A DNA stretch of 40,329 nucleotides, from NCBI GenBank assembly GCA_003693705.1, contig RBZT01000298.1, forward strand, positions 1 through 40,329, given 5' to 3'. Every line of letters begins with the position of its first letter. The stretch's first letter is position 1. Below, piece by piece: positions 9,721-23,086 of this stretch. The notes beneath the pieces are model-generated. The model made no database searches, was not told the DNA's origin, and was given only the letters and a program-made list of their open reading frames with translations. This stretch comes from Polymyxa betae A26-41. Lineage: Eukaryota; Protista; Endomyxa: Phytomyxea. The position numbers were made by a program, and so were the translations under genes.

Positions 9721-12700
9721 ATTAGATGAAATTCGGGTGAGTTTTCAAATAATCCGGAAAGAAATAACTCCAGGTTCGTCTGGCGCACATTCAGATTGGC
9801 GCCTGTTTTGGAGAAGAAGCAAATTAAGAGGGATATTGGTCATAATTTTGTTATTTTACCTCTGAGGTCCTTATGATCGAACTCATAGATGAGCTTAAAT
9901 GGCGATATTCACAGAAAGAGAGTTGCCGCATTGAATGTCTCTGAAAGTTTTTTTCGAAGGGAATCAGCTCTTTGATAATATTCTCCATTTGCAACGCAAT
10001 ATCAACATGTCGCTCAACGAGAAACCCTTTGGAGACCTCAACAATAGAATGTCCAATAACGAAAACAGCATTGACGGGCTCATGGCAAGGAAAGAGTCTT
10101 GGAGCGGAATCCGGAGATGAGAGCAGAACTGCTGTTCGGGCTGGGAAACTTCAAACGGCGCTTTAAAATTTTTTAAACAGCGAACAGCCTTGCACCAGTA
10201 ACGGGTTTTCTGTCTGGAATTAACTTACCCACTTGGAACTTACGATATCAGAATCCGTTGTGAATTCCAAGCTCATTGAGCGCTTGGAAATACAGCAACT
10301 GGTGCTCGCTCGCAGGTCTGTGTTTTTTAGAGCCAGTACGACCACAGATTGCGGGAATTCCCGATCTCGAAGATTCATCCGACGATGCGCTCCCAGTCTT
10401 CGAAATGGACAAAGACTGGCTTCAATCCGGGAATCTAACATGAATAGTGAATTTGTATAAATAGTATCCATTAAACGATTACCTCCGTTAAAACCAGCAT
10501 CTCTAACAGATGCGAGTCGGTAGAGTCTCGGTGAGTCCAGCAGCTGGATTCGATGCGGCCATTAATTTGTAAGTCTTTGGATTTTGTTTTTTGAACTCTT
10601 CAGCGAATGCATCAAATTCGGCTCTGTCATTCTGGAATTGTTCCGATAGATGTGACCGGAAACATGTTTTCCAGACTTCAGCACTCAGGTCGTACTTCTT
10701 GAGGACCAGGTCGACCAATCCTTTCCAGGTACTAGTCGTGTGGCCAGACCTTCCACAGACACTGATCCAGGCGGCCATTAATTTCTGTATTTTTGCTTTT
10801 GCGGTTTTGCCTCATCAACAGTCTTTTTTCTGATTGTCTTATTTGGAACGGTCTTGATAGACGTCGATTCGGTGAAGTTTTAATTGCATACGATCTGAAT
10901 CAGTGGAATTGTTAGGGTTTTGCAATATTACCATTTTTTATGTGTGCTGGACACAGACTGTTTCTATGAATAGCAGATTGATACAGCTCTTTACGAGTGT
11001 TTTCGCTTCCGATCTGATTGAAGCGACTCTGCGTGAGCGGGACAGACGGCGTGTCGAACACTTCCGATGTCGGCAGCTTGTAATTGCCGCCGAGAGCAGC
11101 ATCAGTCTTGATCATCAGTTCATCCATTAGAATCGTGTCGAGTCGATCCGCGAGCAGTTTGGCTGCGTCCCTGACGGCGGCGACGAAAGCCGGCAGCATA
11201 ATCTAAACGACGAGACGGTCGATAATCTAATGAGAGACTAACCCCGTAGAGTGTAGAGCGCAATTTCTTAAAACGTTCAATAATATTTTTTGTTTTATAC
11301 TAAAGACAATGTTTAAAATAATTTCTTGCTGATAATAATATAATTGAAATATCAGGGATCTGTGTACTGCGGAACGATCACAAGCTGCTTAAACCAAAAT
11401 TTGTGATGCAACATTATCAGGACTTGCTGGATAATTTTGATTTCGATTATTATGCAATCGAAAATTCTGATTATTATGCCGACAAAATCGACCTTTATAG
11501 TGTGATAATGGTGCTGGATCGTATTGGCATTCGCCAAGTTCTCGGAGATTATCAGGGGCCTTCTGGCACAACATACAAATATTTACGACAGTATGCACTT
11601 ATAACTTCGTTTCCATGCATTCGCCGATCAAATCAGCAGGAATTCTATTCCATCAAATCCTGTATGTAGTGGAATGGTGCTGAATAGATCCCGATTTCCA
11701 TGTCCGACAGACCCATTAATTGATAGCTGCGTTCGAGCAGGAGTAGAACGGTTCGTCTGGATTGTGTACGGGCAGAAAGGCTGATTCGAGATTGTTTGCA
11801 TCGATTGGAACAGCTATATTACGGTCACGGACTACGACTAGATGTAGGGAATGAATTGGTGGGATTCGTAGCGGATCTTGCAATGCAGAGGAGTTCGGAC
11901 CGGATGCGTTTGTTACGCTGTCCAGGGCGAGGGCAGCGCCGATCTTTGAAGAAGTGCCGGACTCATCATTTATTCTGGACCGATTACGGCGAAGTATCAT
12001 TCCAATTAGGCGGCCTCTCGTTCAAGTACTATCCTGGGATTACTCATGAATTAAAAAAACGAATGAAAATTATTGGATTTGTTCCAAAATTGAACAAAAC
12101 TATGAGGATCGCTGTCTGAACTTTTAAAAGTGCAAGAGGCCTGGGAAGATACGACAGAAGACGAGGTCGCTAAGGATCTGTTCTCCGAACGGTGAGAGGT
12201 GACCGGAGAAACGTTCGGGTCACTGGAAAAATTCTGGAAATTCATCGAGATGAATAATCTGTTATCATCTCAAGGAATTGAAGAATTTTCTGGGACGCAG
12301 TTTGGCTCGCTGGACTATATAGCATGACATTTTTCCCAGCGCTGAGAGAAAATGTTAAAATGATGAAAGAGTTGCTGATTGATAAGTGGCTGAAGCGGAG
12401 ATCGTCAACGATTGTTTGTAGGATTGGGACCTTATCTTGTCGAACCTCTCTTAGGTCCTTCTAATAGGGCAGAACGTTATCTAGACAATTATAAATTTGT
12501 GAATTAGTTATCGGCTCTGAAACTGGAGTAAGAGTCCCATGGTAGATATTGAGGCGATGCCTCAGTTCTACCTGCCTTGCGCGAGGGTCGCCGCGCCGCC
12601 CGTTGACAAAATCAACAAACTAGTATATCCAATCCAATCCATCCATTCCATTGTTTCCAGCGAAGTTACAATGGCGTACGTGAAAATTCACGAACATGTT

Positions 12701-13369
12701 CGGAGTTTATGCCAAAAAACTAGACACTGGGTTAAACCAGTGCTTCTAGAATAAACAAGGGCAAATTAACGAAGATGAAGATTGGGAGATAGGGAGAGTA
12801 GCGGTAGCTGTCAAAACGAGGATGTCGAAATGGATCTATTCCCTCAGGAGCACATTGATCCAGCCCGGAATGCCGCCCGCGAATTCGACCTCATCCGCCA
12901 GTTTGTCAAGAAGCCCTCTTCTGGTAGGCTGAAATACGATCATACAACAAGGGCGGACATTTCTCCGAATCACCCAGTAGCAGAACCTGGACCTCTACTC
13001 CGGAAACTGTGCCGCCCACACCAACGAAAGGAACAAATAGTGCAATCGAATCCGATATCAATTTGGAGGTGAGAAATCCCGTACCATTAGTAATCTAACA
13101 GGAATGGACCGAACGAACCCTAATCAGAATGTATTGACACAAGAGATTATCAGGAGCTAACGTTCTGGATAAGGCGCTCAGTAGCAGTTCCTCTTAATCT
13201 CATGCCTGATCGTAGTTCATATAATGAAGCCGCTGCAAGACGTGAATAGAATCCAAAAAGTGACATTGAAAAATACACAGACAGTCATAAAAAACGGGAA
13301 ACTGCGCCAGAGATTTTGACCAGGGTGACAGCGTTTTGTGTTACCACCACCAATTGCATCTTTTTTTAG

Positions 13370-13530
13370 AATTACCTTAAGACAGCAACCCCGAATTGCA
13401 AAGCTTTGCGAATCTCTACACAATTTTCCCAATCAGATCCGAATCTCATCCTTGTTTGCAAGATTTGGAGCAGAAACCGCGTACCGATTCTGAGAGCTAC
13501 GCCTCAGAAAATCGCTCAGACTCTCACTCT
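13370..13530 (+). pseudogene. Possible N-terminal relic of a LINE APE-type endonuclease
   Basis: YLKTATPNCKALR...SQSDPNLILVCKIWS resembles the 'LKIATxNxxGL...PDIIxLxETW' start of LINE endonucleases; very degenerate. Confidence 0.3.
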
Positions 13531-13543
13531 CTTTTGCCTGGAA

Positions 13544-14420
13544 ATGGTTGGCCCAGCGATTGTCTTCCTGATACTGAGCCTATCGGAGAGCCTCGCTGCA
13601 TTCATTCTTGAGCCTGGTAATGTTACAGCCTATCTTGAACAGACTCCGGTTAATGTCTCTGCTCTCGACCTCCACGTTACAGACACAAGAGTGAGATTAC
13701 TCTGCTTGAAAGAAGTCATATCTTTTTAACATGCTGAAAAGGAACCGATCCTCTACCATTCAAATTCAATTCAAAATTTCGCAGATCTTCGATATTCCAA
13801 CAACCTCTTAGATTCCTCATTTAACCTGGATATAAATTTTAATGTCTGAAATGATTATATCACTGTGATATTATGCTATTGATTTATTATTCAGGTATTC
13901 ACTGAGAATGAAATTTGTGAAATGCTGGACATAACATCTGATATGGAAATGTTATCAACATCAACATCTTTTCTACGTCCTTCAGATAATGTCCCGCATT
14001 TTCCTCCTATTCAGGAAACTATCAATGTAATTCCTCCTTATCAAGATTCATGGCTTAACAAACTCTTATTTTTTTCGTAATCAGAATAATGAACCAGCTG
14101 AAACTATCTCCAGAAAACGTCCTCGTATTGACGAGAAATCTTCGCCAACTGGCCTTCTGTATCCCTTCAATAATGATGTGACTGATATCAATGATTATAA
14201 CAGTCTCTGCAAGTTTCTGGTGGATTTTAACGAGCTTTTTTCTGTCCCTCTGTAAATTAACTGTAGATTAGATCAAAGAGCCGAATGACGAAGAACTTCA
14301 TTCTCTGTCTTCAAAGTCCGATAATGATACAGTTCAATTCTACCAGAATAACCTTCAATCAGCTGACAATGTGAAAGGACATGATCTGGATGTGAGCGAA
14401 ATTACACAAATCCGTTATGC
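13544..14420 (+). CDS. Family B secreted acidic protein with NLS-like motif (multi-exon; 3' end uncertain, may run on in ORF 14371..14943)
   Basis: Exon 1 (13544-13690): MVGPAIVFLILSLSESLA... signal peptide. Then ~51-58-nt GT-AG phase-0 introns and exons EPILYHSNSIQNFADLRYSNNLLDSSFNLDINFN | VFTENEICEMLDITSDMEMLSTSTSFLRPSDNVPHFPPIQETIN | NNEPAETISRKRPRIDEK..., all in frame without stops. Confidence 0.6.
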
Positions 14421-14944
14421 TCAGAGCACATTACAAAAGCTGATTCTGATAACGTATCAGAAATTGATCTGGGCCTCTCGAATGATGACGAGTACGGGTT
14501 TCTTTCTGATACAAACATATTACATATTGACCAAACGAAAACGCAAAACAAAAGTTGCAAAAGCCCCTCTTATTATCAAAGTTCTCGATGATCAGCTCAT
14601 ATTGACCGAAACCTCGGAAATCTCAACTTCGAAGACCACGTTACAGAAGTTGATATTGGTGGCCAGTTTATGTCTAAAAATAGTTCGGGCCCAGATTGCC
14701 GACCCGAAATTCAACGTGAAACGTGAAGGTTGTACTGAATGGCTACATCGAATATGTTACCCAGTACTTTCATGTGTTACACTATGCTGTCAGAATGATC
14801 TTCGAATTTTTCAATCTCGATGGGGAAATCCGTTTCCGCATAGTCGTTTTCGCGAGCTTTGTTCTAGGTACAAATTCAAGAGTAAACAGTGCGGATTTGA
14901 GACTCTCATTGTCAGTAACAATAATAAATCCTCCATCATATGAT

Positions 14945-15070
14945 TTCGTGTTCGAAATGTGGCTCGAATTCGAGCATCGCTTCGAAGCAAAGAACCTGCG
15001 ATAGAATACAAAAGACGGGAGAGGCATTCGAGCTGAAGAGGGAAACAGCTTGACAGTCCTATGTTAGGAT
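14945..15070 (+). repeat. Dispersed repeat, copy 1 (copy 2 at ~19113-19248)
   Basis: Shares tgtggctcgaattcga..gcttcgaagcaa..tgcgatagaatacaa.agacgggagag.cattcgagctgaagagg...tcctatgttagg with copy 2. Confidence 0.8.
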
Positions 15071-16090
15071 TATTTTTGATGATTCTAAAACTAAAGAAAT
15101 AATTTCTGTTTTTATAGATTCCCGACTTGTATTTCCTTACTGTGAGAGCGCATTATTTCGACTCAGTGAGAGGAAATTCAGCGCAGTTTTCTTCGCATTT
15201 CTGCATCTGCATTCGAGGCTCTGAAATGCGATACGATCTTCAGCAACGTTTCTCAATGGCGGCGCCCTCAGCGACGCTGGATGATGCTTCCTGGGTATTT
15301 TATCAACTACGCCAATCCGGTTTGAACAATGTTGTTCACGGACCGATCGCCTCTCTATCCGGAAAAAATATTGCCTGTTTGAAGTGTTAAGGTTACTTTC
15401 AGTCATTATTCGAATAAAGGTAAAAGTATCGCTCACTGAATTTCTTATTTATTGCTGATACAATCCATCTTATTACTTTGGCTTTTGTCAGTTTTCTCAT
15501 TGGATGCGTGATTTTTCAGATTTTTTCTGTGCAAAAGGGCTTTACCATCAAAATTATTTCTCCTATTGCATATTTTGCTATTGATTATTTGGCTAAGACG
15601 GCGATTACGATTTTCGTTTGTGTTTGTAAGACCGGCCATGGTCTTCGCACATCTTCTAACGGCACCATGGCTATTTCAAGGAGTCTCACATCAGGAATAG
15701 GCCGCCTTTGACATTGAAAATATACAGCATGAGGAGATCAAATCCCCGAGGGCGGCCACGTTGGCCTGCAGAGTGCCAGAACCAAAGTCAAACATGATCA
15801 ATATATTCGGGTTTTTTTTTTCAAATTCAAATTTTATTTATTACGTTTTGCCATATTGTGAAACCCTAACCCTAACTTTGCAGTCATCGTGCATTCGTGT
15901 TTTTTCGTTTATTTTTTGTATTTTGAAAATGAATATACCGGTAGTCGGTTGATATACGATTCTGGGACGCCGACAGGCCGAGTCAGTTACGGTTATAAAG
16001 TACAGTGAGCGCAGCCTTTCCGCAGCGCGGTTTCCGCACTGCGTGAAACTCCTGCTCGGACTTCGATATCGGTCGAATCACGTCCCTCCA

Positions 16091-18090
16091 ATGATTTCGA
16101 CGTTCGTGGCTGCTGCCGCCCTGATCGTCGCGGTCGTACTGGCTCCCGGGTCATGGTCTCTTCAGGATCAGTACGTCCGCTATCGCGATCTGCTGGATCT
16201 TCCAGCTGGTCTGCTGTCGAAGATCGCCTTCCAGCACCTGAAGGAGCCCGACGAGATCGCCAAATTGATGCGAATATCACCGGAGGTCTGCGATGCGCTG
16301 TTGGACGAATTGCCGCACGGAGATCTGGTTCGCAACCAGCAGCTGCCGGACAGTCAGCTCCCGACCATCATCACGCCGCAGGAAGCGCTGAACCTGTACG
16401 ACCGTTTGATCCGCGGATCGAAATCGCATTCGGAGCTCCTTCCGGGCTGTATTCGTAACGTGTGTCTGCATGTGAATGCGATCGTGTTCTGTGCTGTCCC
16501 TGTACAGTGGCGGAGTGCGATCGAGGGGCGCAGCCTCCCGCCCCTGTCCTTTCCTGGGGCTGAATTGTCCGTCCCGCCATCGATCGAACTCGCGATTCTC
16601 GACTGTATCGAATCTCGTGATCGAATTGCGCGTTATGAAAATCCGGAGTTTGATGAAGTCCGTGACCGATATCCGCCGCCCTACAACCAAATCTTCCCGA
16701 GCAATCATTGGGTCGCAGAACGGCTGATTCAAATCCTCGTCTAGCAAGGACAGACCGGTTTACTGAAAGATCCGCGCGTCGTCCTGGCCCTGCTGGCCCG
16801 TGGGCTGCGTTTCCCCGCCGTGGACTTTGTCGAGGCTGTCGATCTGGATACGCCCGACGCGATCTCCGAGATCTTTCCGTTACTGCGTCAGACGGCCTAT
16901 TCGAATAATTGCGATTTCCTTTCGACCTTGCTGCTGTTCCAGCAATGCCTGGAACGACGGCGTCCGGACCTGCTGGCGGCGTTCGTCCGTGTCCCCGGTG
17001 TTATCGAGCGACTCCGAGACGGTGTCCGTTCTACTTTTTGGAAACTCAAGATCTTTTTCTGGGATTTAATCCGCCACAAAAATCTCGAATCTATCGACAT
17101 GATTTTGAGCCTTCCAATTATGTCCGGTATTGGTGATCTCATATTAGAAGTCAGTTTGCAGTTCTTCTCGGCTGTAAAATGGCCGCCGCCTTCATCTACG
17201 CAATATAATACCAATATTATGTTCCATATCCTCCATGCTACTGCAACATCTGCGAACTCGGACCTATTCTCCGTATTGATTCACACCGACGGCGTACTGG
17301 ACCGTCTCCGTGCGGATCCTGCGAAAATCAGCTGTATTCTCAGTGAAGCCGTTTGTTTCAATCACACCGAGTTCTTCAAATTCGCGATCGCGGATCTCAC
17401 GGCGTTTGCCGAACTCGTTCGGGATCATTTCCCGCAGTTTATCCACACCCTGTGCTGGCGATCTCCGCGGGAAAAGTGCAGTTCCTGGAGCTGGCCCTGC
17501 AGCTGCCGTACTTCCCCGCCATCGCGCATCGTGGTCGTGCCGGTGATGACTCTGGCGAGTCCCTGCTGCATGAGGCGTTTCGTGTCCCAGATCGGGAGAT
17601 CATCGACCTATTGACTTCGTATCCGAATGTGAATCTGTCGTTAACAGATAACGAAGGACGCGGCCCTCTGCGTTATTATATGCGCGCCAACCGTCTCACA
17701 CCATTCCAAACTGAATTAGAAATGATCCCGTTCTGTAATGAGGCCGTTAAAGCTCAGATCGTCGCCGATCTCAAGACATTGTTCCTTCCTGAAGAAGGGT
17801 TTCATTCGGTGAAAAACGATCAACTGCTGGAAGCATTGCTGGCTACGCGCTCCTTCTTATCGGAGATCGTTCACACGCGTTCTATAAGCTAGGGTTTTAC
17901 GCTTTTCCAATATGCGGTTCAATATCAACATATCGCGTCTGTTATGAAATTGTGTTCCGATTATGGCGACGAACTTGAGTTTGATGATGATCTTCCGCAA
18001 CGAATCCGATCTGTGCTTATCGAAGCAGGTCTCGTTGATCTTCACGACAAAGTCAAGACGTTGATCGAGCCGTATTCGGCTTTGTAGTGA
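16091..18090 (+). pseudogene. Family A secreted F-box-like/ankyrin-repeat protein, disrupted (TAG 16742, frameshift ~17455, TAG 17890)
   Basis: Signal peptide MISTFVAAAALIVAVVLAPGSWS; F-box-like LLDLPAGLLSKIAFQHLKEPDEIAKLMRISPEVCDALL. ORFs 16043..16744 and 16820..17614 are in frame across a TAG. Ankyrin repeats GESLLHEAFRVPDREIIDLLTSYPNVNLSLTDNEGRGPL and, after the second TAG, GFTLFQYAVQYQHIASVMKL. Intronless and GC-rich. Confidence 0.8.
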
Positions 18091-19112
18091 ACGAAGCGAA
18101 CTTATTTCTTATCAATACAATCTCACATAGTTCTGCTGTTAGTTTTCGTGTCTCCCGAACCTGTCAAAATCCAGCTTTGCTTCATTTGATGTTCACCCAA
18201 ATTCAATGCTTTATTTCATTCCCAAAACAATGATTTTTTTTTCCAAAAAGTTGCAGAATGAGTATAGCCCGAACCCCCATATTTGTCTAGGTTCTGCATT
18301 TTTTAATTTGAATAATCGCCAGCATCCGGAGACTGTCAGTAACCCCTTTATGGCTTTGTAGCTTCGATCTAAACCACGTAACAAAACAGTGCAGAACAAT
18401 GAGCTGATGTCATGTTACGTCACGGATAACGGCGATTAAAATATTGACAGCATACAGAGCGATAAGGCAAAGGAAAGTGAGTTTTAGTAATACGATATAA
18501 CAGGGAAGAAGGATCTGTGACTTGCAGCTACACAAGATTACGTCTGTGGCCTGTTTGTGGCTCAGGTCGTATGTGTTGCAATAGAGGGTTGCGCCTGTGG
18601 CGTATGTGCAGTTATAGAAGGTTGCGCCTGTGGCTCAGCTCGTATCAACATTAAAGGTGCATTTTCTTCAATGACGTTCTTCGATAGATACCGAGCGATC
18701 TGGGTTTTGTAGGGCAGCAGAGTGTGGCGTCCAGATTGTGGAATGAGAAAGCATAGGAACAGCGATCTGCAGGCGAACAGATGCATGATGATGACCATGA
18801 TCCAGTCCACGAAATTTTCTTGTGAGAATGAACTCTTCAAACTTAAGGAACACATTCCAAAAGCCTTCAAAGCCGTTTGAGACGCCGATAGGATTTTGCA
18901 GAAATGGACGGAAGAAGATACGATCGGCCTTTCGTCCGAAATCGGACATCGTCCAGTGTTCTCGGTAATATTGCCTTGGAGCTGAGCAGATTTGTTGTCA
19001 TCTAGGACAGGAACCGATGTCGCATCTGGCATCAAAGAGGTTTCATAGCAATTTCTAATGCGGGTGATTTGGTCTCGAGGACGGAAATCAATCTGATAGA
19101 GAGCGGTGCGGA

Positions 19113-19248
19113 TCTCGTGCTTGAATTGTGGCTCGAATTCGAACAGAGCTTCGAAGCAATCAGTTCAAAGTACCGTGCGATAGAATACAAGAGACGGGAG
19201 AGACATTCGAGCTGAAGAGGAATCAGTTTGAACAATCCTATGTTAGGG
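19113..19248 (+). repeat. Dispersed repeat, copy 2 (see 14945-15070)
   Basis: Direct sequence similarity to 14945-15070. Confidence 0.8.
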
Positions 19249-19848
19249 TTGCATAAGCTGTATGTTTTTTTTAGGATTTCTAGGCTTTTTTTGACGGAAT
19301 GGTTCATTTCGTGTCGTTACCAAGAATGGGCTAGAAAAGTTTGGTCGATCGCTCGCTATGCTATTCGGAAAAAAAATTCTATCGTTCTGCAGGACGAAAA
19401 TTGTTAGAGAAAGTAAGCGCTACCGTACGGGACATCTTACCTCTCCATTTGTCCCATACAGAACGCAACCCTGTTAAATTCCCGCTGGCGGGTGGGCCAT
19501 TGTTGAAAAAGGACACTGTCAATCGACAGATCTCGACCTTGTCGGCAACGTGACCGAGCGATTTTTCAAATTAAACTTTTCCTTACGGAGAAATTGATGG
19601 ATAAACATGAGAGGGATTCCCATATTTTGTCAGTTGTATGGGGAAAACAGTATCTGCGAATTTTGCGTGCGCAAATGTTGCTTACAGTGTCGCAGTTTAT
19701 AAAAAGGGCTTTGCAGTGTAATTTTTTCTGTTCTTCAATAGTTGAAGAATATTTGCCGTTGTCGGAGTCCGTGGACATCACTCTGATCGCAAATTAAAAT
19801 TACGAAAAAAATCAAGAAACTGCGATCGGACTTTTCAGGAAATGATTT

Positions 19849-19940
19849 GGCAGTTCTCGAGAGTTAAGGTGTAAATAACGATCTCGCTGGATTCACAATG
19901 GTGATCTGATGGGCCTTGGGTTCAACTCAGGCTGGCGCCA
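19849..19940 (+). pseudogene. Degenerate tRNA-Ser-like sequence
   Basis: A-box-like CGAGAGTTAAGGTG, Ser-like ATCTGATGGG, B-box GGTTCAACTC, 3' end GCTGGCGCCA followed by a T7 run. Stems are broken. Confidence 0.3.
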
Positions 19941-20860
19941 TCTTTTTTTGTGTTTTTAAACATGGTGCACGCGAGTCCACTTGGGTCGTTGAATACATTC
20001 GACATCTAATGCATCGATTCTGCTCTATTTACTTAGCTTCATGAAATTCAATCCCTTGGAAATAGGCCGAAGCAACCGAAATTGAAAGAAGCCAGAAATT
20101 TTGTAGTAAAATCAGTGTTCGGAATTCAGTGAACGACGACGAGTAAGCTCAAAATAAGTTCATATAACTACCAATGTATTAGTTTGCAATAGTTCGACTA
20201 TTGCCGATGCTCTTGGAAGTAATGCTGATAGTAAAATTTCCAATAAAAGAGAGGTATCACAAAGTATCAGAAATCAAGTGTGTCGGTTTATTTCCATTTA
20301 TTCACGACGGAAGGTCCGATCGGGACAGCAAAGGGCAGGTCTTGACTGGAAAGGGAAGTCTTGACTCGTCGGACTGCGGGATCGACGACTGCGGGATCGA
20401 CCTTCACGATCAAACCCTAAAACCCTAATTTTCATTCCAACCGATGCCATATCCATCAAGGCTGCTTTGCTTTTGAGCGTTGATATTGAATACAAACTGA
20501 TCGTAGCTGGCAGTCCACCTGAGTTAGGGTTTAGGGTTTTTAGTGGTGTTACGACTACAGGGTTTGTTGACAAAATCTTGACAAGCTTCGTATTAGACGG
20601 GGCAGAAATTTGGCTGTTTTGACGGTCGACGAAATACATTCGTGCAGATTTTTAACATATACGAGAAATATTACAAAAAAAATTGTGTGGAATACACGCA
20701 GATGGAGATCACTGACTTGAATAAATCACTCTTTCTGTATCTTCAAGAGGTCAAATTGCCTAGGGTTTAGGGTTTTAGTGTATGAACAAAGTGTCATTCA
20801 TAGTCCGTAAAGTCCGAACCCGCGGTCCAGCACGTCTCTCATCGCATTTGTCGTGAGATC

Positions 20861-21727
20861 ATGACGTGGTTCCTAATAACGCTGATCTTGGTGGCGGTGG
20901 CGGCCCTCGAACATGACGGACGCCGCCCGGACCCGGAAATCGTCGCGGCCTCCTCTCCTCACGAGATCCTGGAGGCTATCGTCCGCCATAGCCGTACTGA
21001 CCCGGTCCTGGCCGCAACGATCGCGCTGGTCGACAAAGCCCATTATGAATTAGTCCGGGATATCCTCGGCCTCAGCCGGATCGTTCTCAAACAATCTCCT
21101 CCGGACATCGAATGGCTTCTCAATGTATGCGAACAACGACCACGGAATGTCGCCGTCGTCAGCGATCTCTTAACACAAGAAACGGCGCCTCTGTTTCTGT
21201 ATCGGCTGTTAAACCCTAAAACCCTAGCTAATCCTGAAGCGGTCTCCGACCTATTCGACATCATCGGACAGATCGAATCCGTGGCCGAACTGACGCCCGG
21301 CTGGGTCGGCGTCCTCGACTTCCATTTCAGCCCGTTTTTCAAGGAGCATAACGACCCCATCTATCGAATGTGTCGTCAAGTCTTGAGCAAGACTAGGGTT
21401 AGGGTTTACCACTCTATCAACCAGATTCCGTCCGAGATCGTCGATTGCGTCCGGCAACATCAGGATCCTCGGACTTCCACGGACCTCTGGGGGCGGGTAC
21501 GCCTACCGGACCCGTTCGTCGCAATGGTTGTTATCAACTTTCGCATGTGGGAATCCTTACAATTCGGAAACTAGCGGCAGCATCTTCGGGAAGTCATAGA
21601 AGTCGCCGGATCCGGCAGCGACATCATCGTCTCGCTGCGAGTTTATGCAGCCTGCAGCTAGAACCACTACAACGACAATCGCGAAGCTCGGATGCAATGC
21701 CATTGGGCGGTCACGAATGACAAATGA
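20861..21727 (+). pseudogene. Family A secreted F-box-like protein, 3'-truncated (in-frame TAGs at 21572 and 21659)
   Basis: Signal peptide MTWFLITLILVAVAA; PHEILEAIVRH..DPVLAATIALVDKAHYELVR; collinear similarity to 26298..27533 (DLLTQETAPLFLYRL vs DLFTDAGAALFLSRL; IGQIESVAELTPGWV vs IGRLPSVARLIPGWV). GC-rich coding-like sequence continues past the TAG to ~21727; no ankyrin tail. Confidence 0.75.
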
Positions 21728-21728
21728 T

Positions 21729-21895
21729 CAGGGAGACTGCAACTGGCGCAACTTTTTCCCAAGAAATCCCGCTGACAGGATCGACTTTCTGCGTGACCCT
21801 TAAGCTTTTTCAGGAGACTGCAACAGACGCAACTTTTCCCAAAAAAATGTCCGCTGACCGGCTTGTGTCTGTCATCGACTTTTTGCGTGACCTGA
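21729..21895 (+). repeat. ~82-bp diverged tandem duplication at the effector/viral-relic junction
   Basis: cagggagactgcaactggcgcaactttttcccaagaaatcccgctgac...atcgactttctgcgtgacc repeated as caggagactgcaacagacgcaacttttcccaaaaaaatgtccgctgac...atcgactttttgcgtgacc. Confidence 0.8.
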
Positions 21896-21899
21896 GGAC

Positions 21900-23086
21900 C
21901 TATATCAAGGCAACTACTGTAACAAATATATACTCAAGCCAGAATGCGATATTCAGAAATGCGACCTACATAGAACAATTTGTTATGACTGTATATGATT
22001 GTATTGTAGTCGATGAAATCATTACGATTGACAAGGTGTTAATGTCAAAAATGTATCATAAACTCAGAGGATTTACAGGAGTCGTTTTGGTTATGTGAGA
22101 CAAGCGACAGAATGGTTTTATCAATAATTCTGGGTTGAAATATCATCATAAATGTGATTTCTTTGGCGATCTTACTACTGATTTCTGTTAATGTTTCAAG
22201 AAGGCTGAACTAGGCAAATGTCGGTTTAAGACACAAGAGACGATTGACTTTTTAGAGTCGTACTGGAAGACTGGGAAAATACCAGACAGTTTTGGGGATC
22301 CAAAAGTGTTTGTCCTAGTCTTGAAACGAACATCTGTTTCACTAACAAAATGAAGGACGAAATCAATAAATTTTTCAGTCGGAAATTGAAGATTGGAGAC
22401 AAGTTCCGATTAAAGAACAATTATCCGAAAGTTGACAAGTACAATGGAGAATTCTTTGTGATTGAGTTTTTGCGGATTTCGTACAGCACTGAGTATAGGT
22501 TTGATGACATTAGAAATATTCATATTGATTCTGTTGGTGGTGTATTGAGGACGTGTGATTTGAAATTGAATAGAATCAAGAGGGTCTGATTTATCTAATT
22601 GAAGATTCTGATAGTCCGAAAAAATATATTGGCAAGACATTCAGAGATGAGGTTAAAAGGTTTAATGAACATCTTAAAGACTCAAATTGTGTGGTTAATA
22701 GAAAAATGACGAATCCCGGTATCAAGTGCTCGGCGTGTATTACGTATCAGAAATCGTTTGAAAAATATTGAACGACTATATATAAAAACATATCGTGAAG
22801 TGTATGGAGATGGCTTGTAAACATTCAAGTGTCTTCAGAAGACACTGTTGTTGCTGGATTTGTCAAATGCGAATTCAAGAAAATACCAGATTTGATATGC
22901 TCAAAGAATGAATACACCATAATATGGCAAGACAATACTGGTAGAAGTGTAGAAAAGCATTTAGACAAGTTAAAGACCGACGAAGTGCTTGGGACAAAAC
23001 GAAAGCATTTTGTTTCTGAAAATTTCAGATATGGATTTTTTAAAACTGGAAATGGCTGCAGTTTTGATTACGATTTTGAATTCTGA
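21900..23086 (+). pseudogene. Superfamily-1 (RecD/Pif1-like) helicase followed by/fused to a GIY-YIG endonuclease; Polinton-like virus/Tlr1-type relic
   Basis: Walker B YDCIVVDE; motif III VLVM*DKRQ (GGA>TGA); NICFTNKMKDEIN..LKIGDKF..NNY...YNGEFF; motif VI-like TALSIG; then GLIYLIEDSDSPKKYIGKTFRDEVKRFNEHLKD from 22583 (GIY-YIG). AT-rich, intronless, with frameshifts. Confidence 0.75.
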
